A program made the translations under genes and the position numbers. A model generated the notes under the pieces. That model was not told the origin of the DNA and searched no databases. It worked only from the letters and a program-made list of their open reading frames with translations. DNA of 64,000 nucleotides from Octopus vulgaris (taxonomy: Eukaryota): NCBI GenBank assembly GCA_951406725.2, contig OX597818.1, positions 113,770,001 to 113,834,000 on the forward strand. The letters are read 5' to 3'. Of this stretch, positions 13,530 through 25,486 are shown in pieces. Within the stretch, counting starts at the first letter, position 1, and each line of letters starts with the position of its first letter.

Positions 13530-14368
13530 TAAATTTCTGAGCATATATAAAAGAAATGCAGGCTTCTTGAGGACATAAATTCATAGGAAAATATGACCAG
13601 TGAAGAAGGCTTGAAGGCAAGAAATTTAGAAACAGAGGGAAATGCAAATTATAATTTATATTCAGTAATTTTCACTTTTACCTTCAGAGAGCTTTTACGT
13701 AGAAATATTAACTATATAGATAATTTATAATGAAAAGTGTATGAATGAAATTGTCAATTATTATGACCCTTTTCAAAAAGCTTTCATCAGCGCTTTTGGT
13801 CATCTATCAATAGATAGGGCATAAATTTTACTACAGTACTTCAGAAACTTCACGGATAGTAAGGCGACGGCTTTCACAGATCATAGTCCACACTTTTACA
13901 ATATGGTCATCGTTCTTTGTTGGGGAAGGTCGAACAGATATAGAATAACCTTCACCGAATGGTTTTTCTCAATTTGAAACGTTACAATCATTTGTGGTAC
14001 TGTGGACAGCTCATGCAATCATAAACTTACAAAATTAAAAACAAATTGCAAACATTTCCTCAACATGAAATAGAATCCCACACAAAAACGTTGCTCGTCC
14101 AAATTCTTCATTGTTCAACTTGTGACAAGTCACCAAATGCACTAAACACTGTGGCTGCTAACTCTACATTACGAATCTTACTCTTTTCGTGAGAGCCCTT
14201 TGTCACAATGTTAGGAAATGCCATATATTCCTACCCTACAAAATAAAATTAAAATTTTTTAAATCTTACACCATAATCATTTCATGTGTCCACTCAAGTG
14301 CGTATTGATTAATGACGATCAAAAGCATCTATATACAGCACTCGCTCACGACTGCGTCGACTGGTTAA
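13530..14368 (+). mobile_element. Possible piggyBac remnant
   Basis: GHLSID motif at about 13798-13815, a CSTC motif near 14112, and an end ...gtcgactggTTAA; heavily decayed. Confidence 0.4.
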
Positions 14369-14375
14369 GCCTTAT

Positions 14376-14430
<55 letters not shown>

Positions 14431-14479
14431 CAGACAGACAGACAGACAGAGAGACAGAGAGACAGATATAGATATACAT

Positions 14480-14900
14480 TCATGTCTCCTGTCCAGGCTT
14501 GATTTACGCGTTCTCTACCACAACCTCGTTTATGCTTAGCAGCCCTTCCTGTTTGTTTTCACTGTCTTGTTTGTGTTACCAATTCTGACCCTCCGCAAAA
14601 TCCCAAATTTTATTTAATTTGCTTTGCGGGAGTAACTGTTTTATCGAAAGCGTGTATTGTTGTTAAATGCTCGAAATACAAGACTAGAAAAATAGCCAAC
14701 AACTGATGAAGGGTCGTTCTATATGTTGTTTGTTTTGTTTTCCATTTGTGTCTTTCGTTGTTCAAAAGAATAATTCATGTTTCATGAACTCGTGCTTCGT
14801 ACTTCTCTTTGTTGTACACGTTTCGTTACGACCTGTGCCTACATATTCATATATATATATATTCGTATAGATGTAAGTATGTACATATACGTATGTATAT
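14480..14900. repeat. Interspersed repeat related to 57180-57650
   Basis: Shared layout: GC hairpin (ctccgcaaa/tttgcgggag), CGAAA, CTGATGAAGGG 31 nt later, T-rich tract, then gtacatata end. Confidence 0.55.
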
Positions 14901-15329
14901 ATGCATCTATATATATATATATATATTACTTATATTATTATATGATTGAACGCCACGCATCCTCTTCCAAGTAAGTTTTATCTATATTATATATATATAT
15001 ATATATACATATATGTACACATACATACATATATATATATATATATACATACATATATATATATGTGTGTGTGTGTGCGAAGGAAGGAGTGGGTGCCTGA
15101 ATGTATGTGTTAATGTAAGTGTGCGTGCATGTAAATAACATTACCCTAATTTTATATAACTTTATTTAAAATATAGTTGATTCAATTAATTTTCATTTTA
15201 AAACCTCATTAATGAATGTGGTTTGTTTTATTAATAGAATGATTTATACAAGTTTATTTTAGTCGGCTTCGAGTAAATATATGAAATGAATGCAAATATA
15301 AATTTAATCACACACGAATACACACACTC

Positions 15330-16315
15330 ACATGTGATACTTGGGGACGGTCATATTCTTTCCGATTAGATACACGCATTGTATACTTGATCTTCACTTC
15401 AGTTTTAATATTTCTTTTAGTTTCTTTGTCAAAGCTTTTTCGTCGCACATCCTGTGGCCTCTTCAACGACTCTTTATCCCCTGTTCTCCTCTTGTTCTGC
15501 TTAGTCCATTTTGGTTTTCTGTGGTATGTCTCCTTATCTGCGCATGCGTTTGCATCTGCATCGGTGTGTGTGTGTGCGTGTCTATGTATTTACTCTGCGT
15601 GTTTTGCGTGCGTGTATATATATTTGCTTCCTACATTGTTTGTACTCGCATTTTTTATTTAGTTATTTTACTTATACGTATATTTACTTATTCATTTGCT
15701 TTATCTTTCTCTTTCTCATCCCGCCTTTAGTATATTTATGTGTACTTTGTGCATGTATATGGGTTTATGTATTATACTGTTTGTATCTGTATCCTTTTTT
15801 TTCTCTCATTTTGTCTTTAGTTGTCAGGTTGTATAGTGTAGTGGGGTGGAAGCGTTTTATTATTTCATTCATGTTTTCTGTTCATGCTCGGTCTGTCTAT
15901 AACTATGTGTGCGACTCCTGTAATCTGTCTGAGTGTCATGTCTGTTCCATGTGTTGATAATATATTATCTATGTCATTAACCGAGTCTCCATGTCCTAAT
16001 TACGCGAGCTGGTAGAGCACTGTTCAGCTTCTCTCCTCTTTGAGCTCCCGCCAGTGACAACTCTCCGTTCACCTATGTTACGTGTTGTCTCCCCAAATGT
16101 ATGTTGTTGTTCTTCTTCTGCGCCGTCCCTCAGTGTACCTTATGCTATAGTCTACATTCCTAATATTACAGTTTACCTGTGGGTTCACTCTAAAAATTAT
16201 ACGGTTGCATGGGGTTCTTTCAAATGGATATGTTCTACAGATCAGAGATTTTATGGGGTTCTCTGGCTTTTCAACTACTTTAATCCGTAGATTCATCTTA
16301 TCAAAGGTTTTCCTA
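15330..16315 (-). mobile_element. Penelope-like element 3' remnant with GIY-YIG endonuclease fragment
   Basis: Minus strand reads NCNIRNVDYSI...TYI/GETTRNIGER...HWREL (frameshifted GIY-YIG) at about 16000-16180; decayed hammerhead-like motif downstream at 15427-15470. Confidence 0.7.
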
Positions 16316-17017
16316 AAAAAAGGTATGCTAGTTAGTCACAAGAGGGAGCGTCAATAAACATGAATCTCTAGTATTTTTTGTTGCTATACCATGAGCTGGC
16401 CTTATATCTTTATGTATGCATGCATGTAAGTATGCATTATGTATGTGTATATATATATATGTATACACGCAAACACACACGCATATATACGATACAATTA
16501 ATTTAAATATATAATTATAAATAACTACATCGGGTATCATTGTTTGTGTCTGTTATAAGCAAACTATTTGTGTCCCTTAGATATGTAGATTAAATAACTG
16601 CTTTTGTTGAATATATAAAAAAGCATGGAGCTAAATCTGACAAAGGATAACTTCCATTGTTTTGTTAGTTATTCTCTTCTTTTTTATTATCATTTTGCAA
16701 CACCATAAAGATCAGAGCTTTCTTATGTCCCGCAATGTAAAACCTGATCGTCAGGATGAAATTATTTATCATATTTTTATGATGTTCTATTTAGATTTAT
16801 TGTATTACATTACACTTTTATATTATATTATATTATATTATATTATATTATATTATATTATATTATATCATAATATATTATATTATGTCATATCAATATG
16901 GTGTTATGTCGCACGTTCAGATGACCTCTACTCAACTCCTCGAAGTCTAGACTTCTCTCTCTATATCAACGTATTGGGCTAGCCTACTTCATCGTATGGG
17001 GGCGTCCACACAACAGA

Positions 17018-17172
17018 TGGTGAGCTGGCAAACTTGTTACCACTCCGGACAAAATGCTTAGCGGCATTTCTTCCGCTTGTTTGTGTTTCAGATGATTTTC
17101 CCTTTCATCCTTTTGGAATCAATAAAATAAGTAACCCCTAAAACTGTTGTCTTGTGCCAACATTTGCAACTA
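17018..17172 (+). mobile_element. SINE with Meta/Sauria-like central domain (internally deleted)
   Basis: ggtgagctggca...aaaatgcttagcggcatttc...cctttcatcctttt...aataaaataagta...cttgtgccaacatttg. Confidence 0.75.
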
Positions 17173-19127
17173 TTATGTTATGTTATACTCTATTCTCTCC
17201 ATGAAGAATTTCATTAATATTGTTGGCTTGAAGATTGTATTTGGCCAACTAGGCTTGTAAACTCATGAAGTGATTTTGATTATGATCTTTTTTCTTTTTT
17301 GGTGGTGGTGGTAGGGTTGGGTGGAAAGAAATCCTACGAAATGCATGGTATTCCTCGCCATTGTGATATTGAATGCGAAACGAGTAAGATTGATAAGCCT
17401 TGATCAGAAGCCACAGTGTTTACTCGACTGTAACTTTAGTCATTTTAAATTAGTTTACACGAATGTTAAGAAGTGCAACACCTACAAAGGATGTAACAGC
17501 AACAATAATGCTACAAATACCCAACAAATCATGTATCTGAAATCAAAGGTATTTCAACATGCTGACATCATGATTCACATCTAAGTTTACAGTTCACTAA
17601 GGCTTAACCCCCTAGAAACAGCAGCCAAATATTTCTAAAATCATATGCTAGCCTCTTGAAAAGGAAAAATGAATACATTATTTAATGTAGTATTAGAATC
17701 GAATTCGATTACCACTGGAACTGCTTATCGCAGCCGCACTTTATCAGAGTCGATACAGGTTCAAACAACAGCTAGACTAAAATTCCACATATCCTACAGA
17801 AATAAGCCTTTCACAAGTAGTAGCAAGAGCTACTTTTACCTCATTACTTTCCCCTAATTTTGAGTAATGGTGTCAGAGATTATTAGATATCTCAAAGGGG
17901 TTTCTTATATTTTTATTCCTACGAAATGTATTCTGAATGGATATAAAATGCCTTAACTACGCAAGGATTGTTAGAAATAAGAACCAAATATTCCTCAAAT
18001 CACACCCTGCTATCTAAAATTTGGAAATAACATATTGGAAAATGTAATCTTAGATACTCATTAAAAGTACAGGATTACGGCGAATGGAATATCTCAGATC
18101 ATTGGGGATTAAACAACAACATCATTATATAAATTACACATGACTCACATGCTGACGTCCCAAGTCTGCACTTCAACAAGACTTTTGTTTGGTGTAGTCT
18201 AACCTAAATTGATATCCAAGAATAACTCGGAATTAGATTAAGTGGTTCCTGTCTCAAAAAAAAGCTAGAATTACGTCATGAATGAGCTACTTTGAAGTTC
18301 AGCTCAAGTCATGGAGTAATGTTTTCCAGTAACATGTTCTGGGCTCATATATAATTTTACTGGGGCTCCCAACATAGTATAAGGAATATTATAGCAAAAT
18401 GAGAATACTGACAATTGTAGATTAAAAATGACGTACATAAGCAGAAGAGAAGTTCCTACCCTAATCCAATTTAATATCAGTGATGTTATCAAATGCCACG
18501 AGCGAAATATTAAAGTTAATTGCAATATGCAACAACTGAACAACTGGGAGAAGTTGGTGATTTAAGATACTACTCCCTAGAGCAAAGAATTGGGCAATAT
18601 TAATTCATCTATATCAGTAATTTTGTGGAGTGACTCGCAGCATACTTATGAATTGAAAGTCATGTCCATCTTTGAATCTGACACCGCTGTATAGGGCTGA
18701 AACTTTCGAACTTTCTCATTTAGAAATTGATACTGAAATGTCACTGAGTTCAAAGGACAACAACTCTTTAATATCTTCTCGCGAAACATAAGAGATCTAC
18801 AGAGAAAAGATATGAATATGTACAAAAATCACTTTAACATTCTTCCCCACCCCGTATATTGGATAATAAAATATCACAGCAAGAAATGCAAATGAGCGCA
18901 ATGATATCAGATATTATCATTTAGCAAATGCAAAAGCATGACACAAAGGCAGTATTCCAACTTATGCTTTCGTCAAATGGACTGAACAAAAATATTAATC
19001 AAAACAGAATTTATATTAGTGTACCTTCAGCAAAAACGAGAAAAATAAGGTGTGTTACTCATTAACATAGTGCGAATCACTAAAGAAACTATATAGTGTA
19101 TATCATATTATCATATGTGTGTGTGTG

Positions 19128-19173
<46 letters not shown>

Positions 19174-19930
19174 CACATATATATATGAGCTATCCCTCGA
19201 GTTTCAGAGTTTCAGAAGTCTTTGATAATTAGAAATTCCCCGTAACTTCTATGATTTACACTGCTAAAAAGTTAACCGTATTGGACTATCAGAATGTTAC
19301 TGCGAATGAAATATAGATCCAAAGCCGTTTTAAGCATCATTCATGAGTCGATGCTTGAAAAATCCGAAACCATACGAAGTCTAACACCAATACAGCCAGA
19401 TAATCAAATTCGTTCTACACTAATTGGCCATCTTCTACTAACCATCACTTCAGCTAAGAGGTCTTAACATCTATCACAGTCCCTCAACCTGCTAGAAATG
19501 GAAACTAAATCTTCATCAGATCACGCCTTGTTGCAATATAGGAAGAAGAACACAAAGAATAATGTGATCCTGGATGTACTATGTGAATAAAAGATGAGCC
19601 GATCATAGCTGGAACGCTATTGATCATAATTCTAGTTTGTTATAAATTATTTGAACTAAGCAACAACAACCACTCCAAAATATACAACACAACTTATAAG
19701 TATCCTTTACAAAAGATATAAAGTTCAATTTAAATATTTCTTCACAAAATTCTGGAAAATTGTAATATATATTCCAGGAAACGATAACTCTGTAGTAAAA
19801 CCAACAAAGTTTGATAAGTGAAAAAATGTTTCATTCATTGAACAGATAATGATATGAAATTATTGTTTGATCCAGTACCGGCTCTTCTTGAACATGAACA
19901 TATAATATGTTGTAATGTAACATAATCATA

Positions 19931-20375
19931 AGGCGGTGAACTGGTAGAATCCTTAGCGTGCTAAGCAAACGGCTCAGCGGTATTTCGTCCAACTTCACGT
20001 TCTGAGTTCAAATATCACGAAGGTCGACTTTACCTTTCATCCTTTCGGTGTCGAGAAAATAATTACCAGTTGAGCACTCTGATCGATGTAATCGATTTAC
20101 TTCTCCTCCAAACTTATTGGCCTTGAGCCAAAATTTGAAATTAATATTTAGTTACATGAAGGCAACGAGCTGGCAGAATCGTTAGCGCGCAGGGCAAAAG
20201 ACTCGACGATATTTTGTCTGTCTTTATGTTCTGAGTTCAAATGCCGCCGGGGTAGACTTTGCCTTCCATCATTTCGTGCTCGATAAAAATAACTACCAGC
20301 TGAGCCCTGGAATCGATGTAATCGATTTAGCCCCGCCCCAGAAATTGCTGACCTTGTGCCAAAATTTAAAATCAA
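19931..20375 (+). mobile_element. Two tandem SINE copies, Meta-like family (about 19931-20142 and 20161-20375)
   Basis: Both carry gagctggcagaatcgttagc-like heads, gttctgagttcaaat, cctt(t/c)catc...cgataaaat-like cores and ccttg.gccaaaattt tails. Confidence 0.85.
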
Positions 20376-21490
20376 TATTATATGATCATTATTTATATTC
20401 GTGTGTCTGAAGCATGGATTGTTGAAATGATCGAAATGAAGAAATAATTTTAATGCCAACATCGTTATTCTTGAACTTACCATATATATAGTAAAAAAGT
20501 GTAAAAACATCATATCTGTCCAATGATGCCCCCTTTCGGATTCCCATATATTTTCTTCACAAACACTGGAAACTCTCTTATTTTGTTGCTTTGTTGGCAA
20601 CCGGCTTGAACTCTCACAAGAAGAACTCAAATAAAACAAAAACATCATACACACATGCATACGTATGTGTGTGCGTTCACAGTGGGTCTCACGCACGAGC
20701 ATGAGTGACCATCAATGATGGTCAGAAAATACAGTTATTATTATTAATGTCCGTGGGAAATTTGGTCCTGAAGAGCGTACAGAACATTACAACAACTCGC
20801 ATAATCAAAGCGAAGAATCCAAGATAAAAGCCACAGCAAGATCTGCTTATCAGCAATGTTAACGTGTATTAAACAATAATAACTTTCTCCAGGGAGTATG
20901 CTAAAATTATTGTTATGAGGAACAGAACCTTTACATTCTTGGACCTTTTTCCAACACACGTAAACACAAAGCCCCGTACTTTATTTGCATTAATGTGTAC
21001 ATATAAGTGAATATATAAATACACACACACAGACACACAAATATACAAAAATACTTCTTAACTGGGTATGTACCTAGCGTTACGTGCGATAAAGAACAAT
21101 GGAAAAATCTAAATTAAGATTACAAATACATAAATACATACATACATGCATACATGCATAGAAACATACATGCATTCATACATACATACATACAGACAGA
21201 CATTACATACATACATACATACATACATACATGCACACACACATATATACTTACATACATACATACATATATGTGCGTATATATTCTGTGTATTGATACG
21301 TGTACGTATCTAAGTGCGTAGACACATATACGTACATATTAAGTGTATTTATATATGTACGTATGTATGTATACCTGCCTGTCTATGTGTGTGTGTGTTT
21401 ACGTATGCATGTATGCATCTATGTACCTACGTAAGAAGGTAATATACGTATGCATACATGTAAGTATAAGTACAATTAATATATATATAT

Positions 21491-21673
21491 CAGTGAACAG
21501 GTTGCGGATATTAGCGACGAAAATATTTTGACAAATTAAACTTAAATGTTGAAGTGAATCGAACGGCTTTTGTGTGTTTCTTAAATGGCTTATAAACACC
21601 TTCCACGCTGCAATTGTTTTCGTTTCAGCACACGATCTCAGATCAAATTACTTGCTATGCGAGTACATCTCCG

Positions 21674-21675
<2 letters not shown>
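21491..21675. mobile_element. Terminal fragment of a TA-flanked DNA-transposon-like repeat
   Basis: 21568-21675 closely matches 35726-35833; both end in gtacatc(t/c)cc..ta next to TA repeats. Confidence 0.6.
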
Positions 21676-21727
<52 letters not shown>

Positions 21728-21730
<3 letters not shown>

Positions 21731-22313
21731 GATAAATCTCAGAGCGAGTTATAAACAGTAGCGGTAACACATCGTGACGCATATTTGCCATTTGAATATG
21801 GCTAACCCCTAAGGGTGGATGCTAAAGTAGTTTGTAGCCCCAGGAGGATATCTCCTCCAGCTGGCTATAGACACACTATCTGTGTCCTCTCAGTATTTGT
21901 GAAGGGGAGTCATCCTCCCCGTTTTCAACTCATGATACACACGGACCCGAGTTTCAAGGTGTTTACCTTTCATCAGCGTGTGACAATCATGGTTGTCGAC
22001 GAGAAGTTAGCTCCCTTCACAAATACATGTACTTTTGCCAGTGTCGATTGACACTGATATTGAAAAAGTGAAATCAAACAATGATAAATCTCAGAGCGAG
22101 TTATAAACAGTAGCGGTAACACATCGTGACGCATATTTGCCATTTGAATATGGCTAACCATATGGTTAGCCATATTCAAATGCATATTCACAAATAGTGA
22201 GAGGACACAGATAGTGTGTCTATAGCCAGCTAGAGGAGATATCCTCCTGGGGCTACAAACTACAGTAGCATCCACCCTTAGGGGTTAGCCATATTCAAAT
22301 GGCAAATATGCGT
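21728..22313 (-). mobile_element. Retrozyme-like element: 352-bp hammerhead-containing unit, 80-bp direct redundancy and inverted copy
   Basis: 21728-21807 is identical to 22080-22159 (period 352); perfect palindrome 22141-22182; 22187-22313 is an inverted copy of 21777-21903; TA repeats on both sides. Confidence 0.8.
21938..21982 (-). ncRNA. Minimal type I hammerhead ribozyme
   Basis: Minus strand: CACACG-CUGAUGA-AAGGU-aaac-ACCUU-GAAA-C-ucgg-GUC-CGUGUG. Core complete, 6-bp stem I, 5-bp stem II, 2-bp stem III; predicted cleavage between 21944 and 21943. Confidence 0.92.
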
Positions 22314-22320
22314 ATATATA

Positions 22321-22704
22321 TCTCTATATATATAAACGGCAGTTTGTCTGTGCGTTTTCTGTGTGTCTGTTTTCTCGTACCCTCACTCTGACCATGGCTT
22401 TCAACCGATTCTGATGAAACTTGACACACACATAGCCCAATGTCATAATTCAAAACTAACGCAGCGAAAATTTTGAAAAGTTCCCCCAGTTCTGAAAAAA
22501 ATCGATAAATTCGACATGGGGTCGAAAATCAGAAACCCAAACCACAGACCGTCTAGGGGACGCAACTCCACCTTTTTTAACTCTCAAAAAAAATTTACCA
22601 TCATTTTTTCCCCATTTTTTTGCTATTTTTTGGCTATAACTCTCTAAAAATGCTTTATAGTTATTTCCCTTACAAACCTGAGCAACGCCGGGCGATACTG
22701 CTAG
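22321..22704 (+). mobile_element. Complete non-autonomous Helitron
   Basis: A|TC 5' end, subterminal hairpin cctgagcaacgccggg, CTAG|T 3' end. Confidence 0.85.
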
Positions 22705-24189
22705 TATATATATATATGCATACTTACAGACGTATGTATATACGTCTATAAGAATGTATATATTTAAGTAATTATCTAGGTATATAAGGCTGTCTGGCTA
22801 ACAGGCTAACTACATGTGTGTGTGTATGGATGTATGTATGTAAACAGGATATATTTCTTTATGAATCAAAGTCTATGAACGGCACAACTTTATGGTCTGA
22901 AGGACAGATTTGACAGTCTCATGAGTTATGATTTATAGGTAGGACTAAATATATTTTATTAAGAACTGATTTGCTTTTACTCATGTTCGGCTTGTGGAAA
23001 ACATACGGAAGTACTTAAATATAAATTGATATGCCCGCAGCAACTATTAAATGTATTTAAACTGCACAAACAGGCCATAAATCAAGGAACACACACAATA
23101 TAGCGTTCAAGTATACCATCATATATATATTTTTATACATCTATCATGGTAATGTATATGCCATACATATACGTATATATGTGTGTCTGTGTGTGCGCGT
23201 GTGTGTGTATAGTTGAGATTTACGGAAAAACAAATATATATATGTATGTAAATACACACATCTATATACATATACATATATACATACACACATACATATG
23301 GACGTGTGTTTGGGTGTGTGTGTGTTTATATTATATTGCGTATACGTACACAAGCTTGGTAATCATATACTGAGCTTCACCCTGCAAAAAGGATACTATG
23401 GTTAAATCACCCATACACACACACACACACACATGCTCACACACATACAAACACAACGCTTTTCTTACAGGATGATACTAAGAATACTTTCGACTAGTTT
23501 TGACTGGTTAATGTCGTTTATATGAATACCTACACGCTGTCTCAGTCCTTGTATTAGTTTAGTTTATGTATAATTTACTCACTCATATATACATAGAGGT
23601 CTGTGTCAGCTGCATTATAGGCCCCGTTTTGTATATATTTATTGATAGAATATTTTCTTGACAGGTCAATGGAAGGTTGATTAAAGAAGTTTAGGACAGA
23701 AGATTCCTCAGCTCTTTAGATTGTATAGTTATACTCCCCACTCATACTTAGTGTTAAGACACCTAATCGAGTTAACTCATTATTAAATTCAATATAACTG
23801 CCTTAATTATTTTAATTTTTATATAACTTTTATATCATTTTCTTATTATGTTATAAGATAGGCAATTTCTAAGTTTCTAAATTTCCGTTTCTATATAGTT
23901 CCTGTTTACTTTTAATCATTTTGTCTGTTAGATGTATTACCCGCTTATAGTAGCGCTTATGATGTCTCCACATCGATAGCTTGTTTGACATTTACTGTAC
24001 TTTTTCCTATTTAAACTAATTACTCTCAAGTAAGTTTATCTTTTTATTAAAATTCATATAACTTATTCAAGAATTTTATACCAGTATTGGATAACTCAAC
24101 GTTGGTAATAATAGGCTCGTTTAGTAATAGACCTAAGAGTAGACATATTCATAAAAATACTTATCGCTTTCATTTATACACCATATAGA

Positions 24190-24390
24190 GGCAGCAAGCT
24201 GGCAGGATTGTTACCACACAGGATACACTGTGTAGCATTTCTTCTGGTTTTACTTTCTGAGTTCAAATGGAACCAAGGCCAATTTTGCATTCAAATTTCG
24301 CAGTCGATAAAAAAAAAAAGTACCAACTCAGTATGCATACACAAGCCTTCTCACCTAAAATTTTAGGCCTGGTACCTATAGTAGAAAAGA
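24190..24390 (+). mobile_element. Decayed SINE, Meta-like family
   Basis: ggcagcaagctggcagga...ttctgagttcaaat...gtcgataaaa...gtacca...ggcctggtacctatagtagaaaaga. Confidence 0.7.
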
Positions 24391-25213
24391 TCTATGCACC
24401 ATATATTTTAACTCATAATTCTAACACTTAGTAACTACAAACGTGAATGTTATGTTACATAATATATGGAATAACTGCATTGTGTAATAGGTGACTAAAC
24501 ATATTTTAAATGTTCTACATCTTCTGCCATCTGTTTATGTACCTGATCAGCTAGACTAGTTTACTTCTTGTTGGGTATTTGTTGATGCAAGGTCTTTGCT
24601 TATCGTCTATTGAGAGTGAGATCCTAGGTTTTATATGGTTCAACGAAGTTAATTGTAGTTCTACTGCAGTCGCTCTAACTGTTACATCATCTGCGTGCTA
24701 AAGTTCAATTATTGGTTAACTGAGATCTTTATACTGGCAGTTTTGAGCATCCTTGAATAGCTTGCTATTTATTCCGCAGAGGTCTGAACGTCAGACAGAA
24801 TTTTGTTCATAATAATTTCCAACTTACCTGAGCAGAAGATGGAAAAGAGCAGACGATCACATATTCCTTCTCAGTTTTCATTTTAAACTAATTTATATTA
24901 AATGAGTATCACGGCACTTTAGTTTCCTTTTCTATGTGCTGGAATTGTGATTGCGAGGAAATTTCTTAAACAAAGTTCGGTAAGCTTTTTAACACAGCTT
25001 TAAGATTTACGAAATTAAGTAACTTGACAGTTTTTGATACCATTCTCTTTGAAAATTGTGTAAATTATGGGCGACATGTTCGTAGACTGGAAATTTTCCG
25101 CCAGACATGAAACCGTGCAAACTAACACCTGTTTTGAGAGTCATACGACGGGATTGATTTCATTTGATAAAAATAATATATTGTATTTTGATCCTCCCAA
25201 TGTTTAATAATGT

Positions 25214-25253
<40 letters not shown>

Positions 25254-25257
25254 TAAT

Positions 25258-25486
25258 GGCACTCCGTGGGTTGCGATGACGAGGGTTCCAGTTGATCCGA
25301 TCAATGGAACAATCTGCTCGTGAAATTAACGTGCAAGTGGCTGAGCACTCCACAGACACATGTACCCTTAACGTAGTTCTCAGGGCGATTCAGCGTAACA
25401 CAGTGTGACAAAGCTGGTCCTTTGAAATACAGGTACAACAGAAACAGGAGGAAAGAGTGAGATAAAGTTATGGTGAAAGAGTACAG
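25258..25486 (+). repeat. Interspersed SINE-like repeat next to (TA)n
   Basis: GC-richer island with a diverged reverse copy at 2035-2215. Confidence 0.55.

Noticed and set aside
13762-13795. Minus-strand CUGAUGA-aagcuuuuu-GAAA-aggGUC hammerhead-like core
   Set aside because: The flanks cannot form stem I, stem II is weak, and it lies antisense within an apparent transposase remnant; likely chance.
21815-22275. Two similar ORFs (MDAKVVCSPRRISP... and MDATVVCSPRRISP...) as a duplicated peptide gene
   Set aside because: They result from the inverted copy of the non-coding retrozyme-like unit.
22411-22423. CTGATGAAAC inside the Helitron
   Set aside because: No stem II between the two half-cores and no cleavage triplet with stem I.
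24822-24881. Possible small minus-strand exon (MKTEKEYVIVCSFPSSAQ) ending in a consensus CAG/GTAAGT donor
   Set aside because: A single donor-like 9-mer can occur by chance in a window this size, and I found no partner exon or recognisable homology; RNA-seq would be needed.
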